The position numbers and the translations under genes were made by a program. A stretch of 63,524 nucleotides of DNA, the filler included, from Globobulimina sp. (taxonomy: Eukaryota), in the NCBI GenBank assembly GCA_003354225.1. It is 52 parts of 52 records of this genome, joined end to end, with 100 filler letters (N's around TTAATTAATTAA, not from the genome) between each part and the next. Parts side by side here need not be neighbours in the genome. Positions count along the whole stretch, not along the records: positions 59,959 to 61,080 come from PIVH01022943.1; positions 61,181 to 62,302 come from PIVH01022944.1; positions 62,403 to 63,524 come from PIVH01022945.1; 49 more parts are not named here. One strand, written 5' to 3'. This document shows positions 60,301 through 63,524 of this stretch, piece after piece (position 1 is the stretch's first letter; the number at the start of each line of letters is the position of its first letter). The notes beneath the pieces are model-generated. The model had not been told where the DNA came from, made no database searches, and saw nothing but the letters and a program-made list of their open reading frames with translations.

Positions 60301-61080
60301 TTAAACAGTATCATCAGTGCACGTCCCGACAGTGGATGCTGCAGCTGAACCAGATTGCAACTCAATGCTCTTTACAATCATATTCATGTCTTTACTCTCA
60401 GTTTTATAGCCACAACATTCATTAGCACAAAAATAATGTATCCTTCCACATAGTTTCAAATACGTTTTATGTGTTTCCTTCATAGTCAGATAAATACACA
60501 TACAGTTCATAAATACATCAACGTTTTCAGCCAGACCATATAAATTAAACCCAGCATCACTGTTCTTTATAATATGAGTGAGCAGCAATATAAGCACCAT
60601 AAGCCACGTACATGTGCCAACAGTACTTAATCCTATGTGAGTTACAGTGTTAGTACGCAATCATAAATAGGGTTAATATGATGTACATTGCATAAATACC
60701 TGACAAAATAAAATTTTTCATCATAATATCTATTAACGGTTGGGATATACACATATTTTCATCACCGCTATCATTTACCAATCTTTTTAATTTGGTGGCA
60801 AATAATCCAAACAATGTCTGATAAACAATACCGCTGCAAAGTAACAACACAAATATTAAACCGATAGTCAATCGAATAACGGCGTGGTTAGAGACAATAA
60901 AAGCAATCAACAAACTCAATAAAAGCAAAGAAACACATAAAGTGAAGATTAAATTGTATGCAATTGTGGCACATTTGGAAATACCATATGCTGTCCCATC
61001 AAATGAAACTTTAACTCGCATAAACAATACATATATCAATGTGCAATAATGCAAACCATAAATAAAATTATGAAGCGCAG
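60301..61080 (-). CDS. 7TM GPCR-like protein (intron 60633-60699), 5' partial
   Basis: HYCTLIYVLFMRVKVSFDGTAY...FNLYGLAENVDVFMNCMCIYLTMK..CGRIH. The 67-bp intron contains a TACTAAC branch point. Confidence 0.75.
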
Positions 61081-61180
61081 NNNNNNNNNNNNNNNNNNNN
61101 NNNNNNNNNNNNNNNNNNNNNNNNTTAATTAATTAANNNNNNNNNNNNNNNNNNNNNNNNNNNNNNNNNNNNNNNNNNNN

Positions 61181-62302
61181 TAACAAATACCATCTTTTAA
61201 CTGAAAATGATAATCTTTTACCAATCTTGTTTAGATAACCATGCATGTCAGGCACCGATGGTTCAGACATATTATATTTAAATCCAAATAAACTTTTTGT
61301 GCGCAATAAGGCCGGCGGAGGATGTGCATGCGGAATATACTGCGAATCAGATGTATTATTTTCTTCTTGTTCGCTGTTTAATGATTTATATGATATCGAT
61401 GATACTCTTTGAATATGCAATTGATTTGAAAATGGTTCCTTTGGTTTTAATACATTATCAATTAACAAATGGTCATTGTTCTTCTTACTCAGTTTATCAT
61501 ATTCATTGTTTGCATGCGGTGCGTGCAATAATTGCATATTGTTACTAATGACTGAAGTGGCGGAGGCCATCGATGATAATGACTCGCTTCGTCTTCGTCG
61601 CAAACCAGGAGTTAAACTTATATTACATGTCGAATTTAATTTGAATGTATCCTCTATAATTTGCCATAAATAAACATGTTCGACAATCCATCCCGTAAAA
61701 ATACGCAATGTTAAATATTTGGAATTTGATGGACAATGCTAAATATGTTCAAATGTTATTATATAATTAAAAACAAATTAAAGTCAGAAATGTATAATTA
61801 ACTGCGAAGGCGTCCTCTAATAGTTCGGCAACGATGGTTTCGCAGTCAATCTCCATGACAGCTTTGGTGCGATGCAGTGTCGTATTTTGTTCATTGTCAA
61901 TGTCGAATGATTTTATATTTTTGGGTGAATCGATAAATTCATTGTCGTGGAGCCAACTTTGTTGTGCTGACACTATACAATTTAATACTGTTTCTAAATC
62001 AGTCTGAGATATTTTTTGCTGTTCATCCAGATCCATGATAGCAAATAATAATTTTACTTTGTCCTCAATGCTGCCTTTTAGAATAATCGCAATGCCATCA
62101 AAGAATTCAACATAAGTTATCAATTCGGTGTTGTCAGAGTCAAATACTTTGAATAATCTGTCTCCCAAAACACCAGGCAATGGGAATACGCGGCAGAATG
62201 TTGCTTTGTCGATACAGCGCGGATGTTGCGATCTTTGTACTAAATTTTTGAATAATTTTGATAATAGTTCCCGTTCGTTCAGACAAACTGTATTAACAAC
62301 AA
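61181..62302 (-). CDS. EF-hand (calcineurin-B/NCS-like) plus PH-domain protein, partial (intron 61739-61802)
   Basis: LPGVLGDRLFKVFDSDNTELITYVEF...GSIEDKVKLLFAIMDLD; HGYLNKIG...KRWYLL. Confidence 0.8.
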
Positions 62303-63285
62303 NNNNNNNNNNNNNNNNNNNNNNNNNNNNNNNNNNNNNNNNNNNNTTAATTAATTAANNNNNNNNNNNNNNNNNNNNNNNNNNNNNNNNNNNNNNNNNN
62401 NNCGTAGATAGAACGCAACTTATTGTTATATTACTTATATACGAATAATATATTAAGCAAAATACTTTCCTGTGTATAATGGTACTGGATTACCATCGTT
62501 ACAGCTGCTATTACAACATTTCCGAGCATTTGTTATGCAAAAATTATATGTTGTATTGCTCGTCATAACGTCCCATGGAATATCATCATACGAATCACCA
62601 ACAAGTGAACAATCATCACTTTCAGAGCACTCTGTCATGCTGATTACGGATTGTACAGTTTGTAGAAAAACTTGACTTTGAACATACAATTAGCATGTCT
62701 GCTGCACGCGTACATCGGTGAAAAACTATCACAAGTATGTGGTATGATGACGGGTTATCATAATATGAAACAATTAGCCTGTCAAAAAAAATAATTTTTT
62801 CACAATGTTCTGTGTGTATAATATTGACTTTCATTTTTATTACAAATGTTTTTCTTTCATTTTTTTGTGTGTCAATCATTTATTTAATATATGACTGGAT
62901 CATATATGTATATCTTATCGGGAACACCCCCTGTATGCAACATGAAAATTCAGTGGTCCTGGCTGACCACGAATTGTATTTTTTTCATTTTTTTCCCAAA
63001 TTTTCTGTTTTGTGTTGTTGTGGTGATGATGGCGATGCACTGTGACATTTATTTTCTTTCTATTCCAATTTAATTCATCCAATCCAACCAATTCAATTCA
63101 ACAAAATCAATTCCTTTTCTATTCCAATTATAATTTGTATAATATAACGTGATAAAGATGCAGTTTGATGTACTGCATTTTCACGTTGCATATAATTAAT
63201 TTGTTTGTGTATTGTTAGAGCATGCATGTCATAGCAGATGCTCATGTTTAATTAAATAATAATTTTTCCATTCCATTCCATCTCA

Positions 63286-63352
63286 TCACCGCCGTAGGAT
63301 TCGAACCTACATCCATTTGGTTTGCAATCCGTTCAAACCAATGCTCTGCCCT
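63286..63352 (-). pseudogene. tRNA-derived remnant (possible SINE head or tRNA pseudogene)
   Basis: Perfect T arm GTAGG-TTCGAAT-CCTAC plus GGCGGTGA; anticodon-like stem TTGGT/ACCAA with an oversized loop; no matching 5' acceptor strand. Confidence 0.5.
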
Positions 63353-63524
63353 ATATAAATAATATAATGCTCTGTCCTCTCAAAAACGCCTAAATAAAAT
63401 TTTGTGCATAGAGCAAAAAACATCAGATAAAGTTATTTATTCCCAACAACGCCTATAAAAGTAACTTTATTTTACTTTTATTATGCTATGCAAAAACCTA
63501 TTATTGTATACAAGAATTATAAAA

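Noticed and set aside
1174-62358. ORF-track proteins ending in XXXX...LIN or ...N
   Set aside because: These tails are translations of the linker, not real C-termini.
1126-62402. Regularly spaced TTAATTAATTAA repeats resembling a CRISPR-like or satellite array
   Set aside because: Embedded in N runs of fixed length; an artificial six-frame-stop linker.

Overview
This is not a continuous genomic locus. It is 52 unplaced contigs of about 1.12 kb, sorted by descending length (1125 to 1122 bp) and joined by an artificial 100-bp linker (44 N + TTAATTAATTAA + 44 N), so adjacency across linkers has no biological meaning. Most contigs come from an AT-rich, gene-dense eukaryote with short (about 60-70 bp) GT-AG introns. 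The gene content (7TM/GPCR-like paralogs, RGS, kelch, C-type lectin, RBR/RING ligases, PT-repeat secreted proteins) suggests a foraminiferan/rhizarian protist; this is an inference. Several contigs are prokaryotic (LysM lytic transglycosylases, AraC + DUF3795, MetG, Pth, an NHL/HYR protein), and some are fused to other DNA at microhomologies, which points to whole-genome-amplification chimeras. Highlights: (1) rquA (rhodoquinone biosynthesis) with a predicted mitochondrial presequence, on the same contig as a eukaryotic PUB-domain gene; (2) an intron-containing gene that grafts the first ~50 residues of actin onto a prokaryote-type VWA-family protein; (3) a candidate gustatory-receptor-like/DUF3537 7TM ion channel; (4) a eukaryote-style M23 peptidase and a PQQ-type beta-propeller; (5) CRE-clade, DIRS/Ngaro-like and SGNH-ORF1 retroelement fragments and three MITEs; (6) tRNA-Ala(CGC) and tRNA relics. 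All family calls come from manual motif recognition; no database searches were run.
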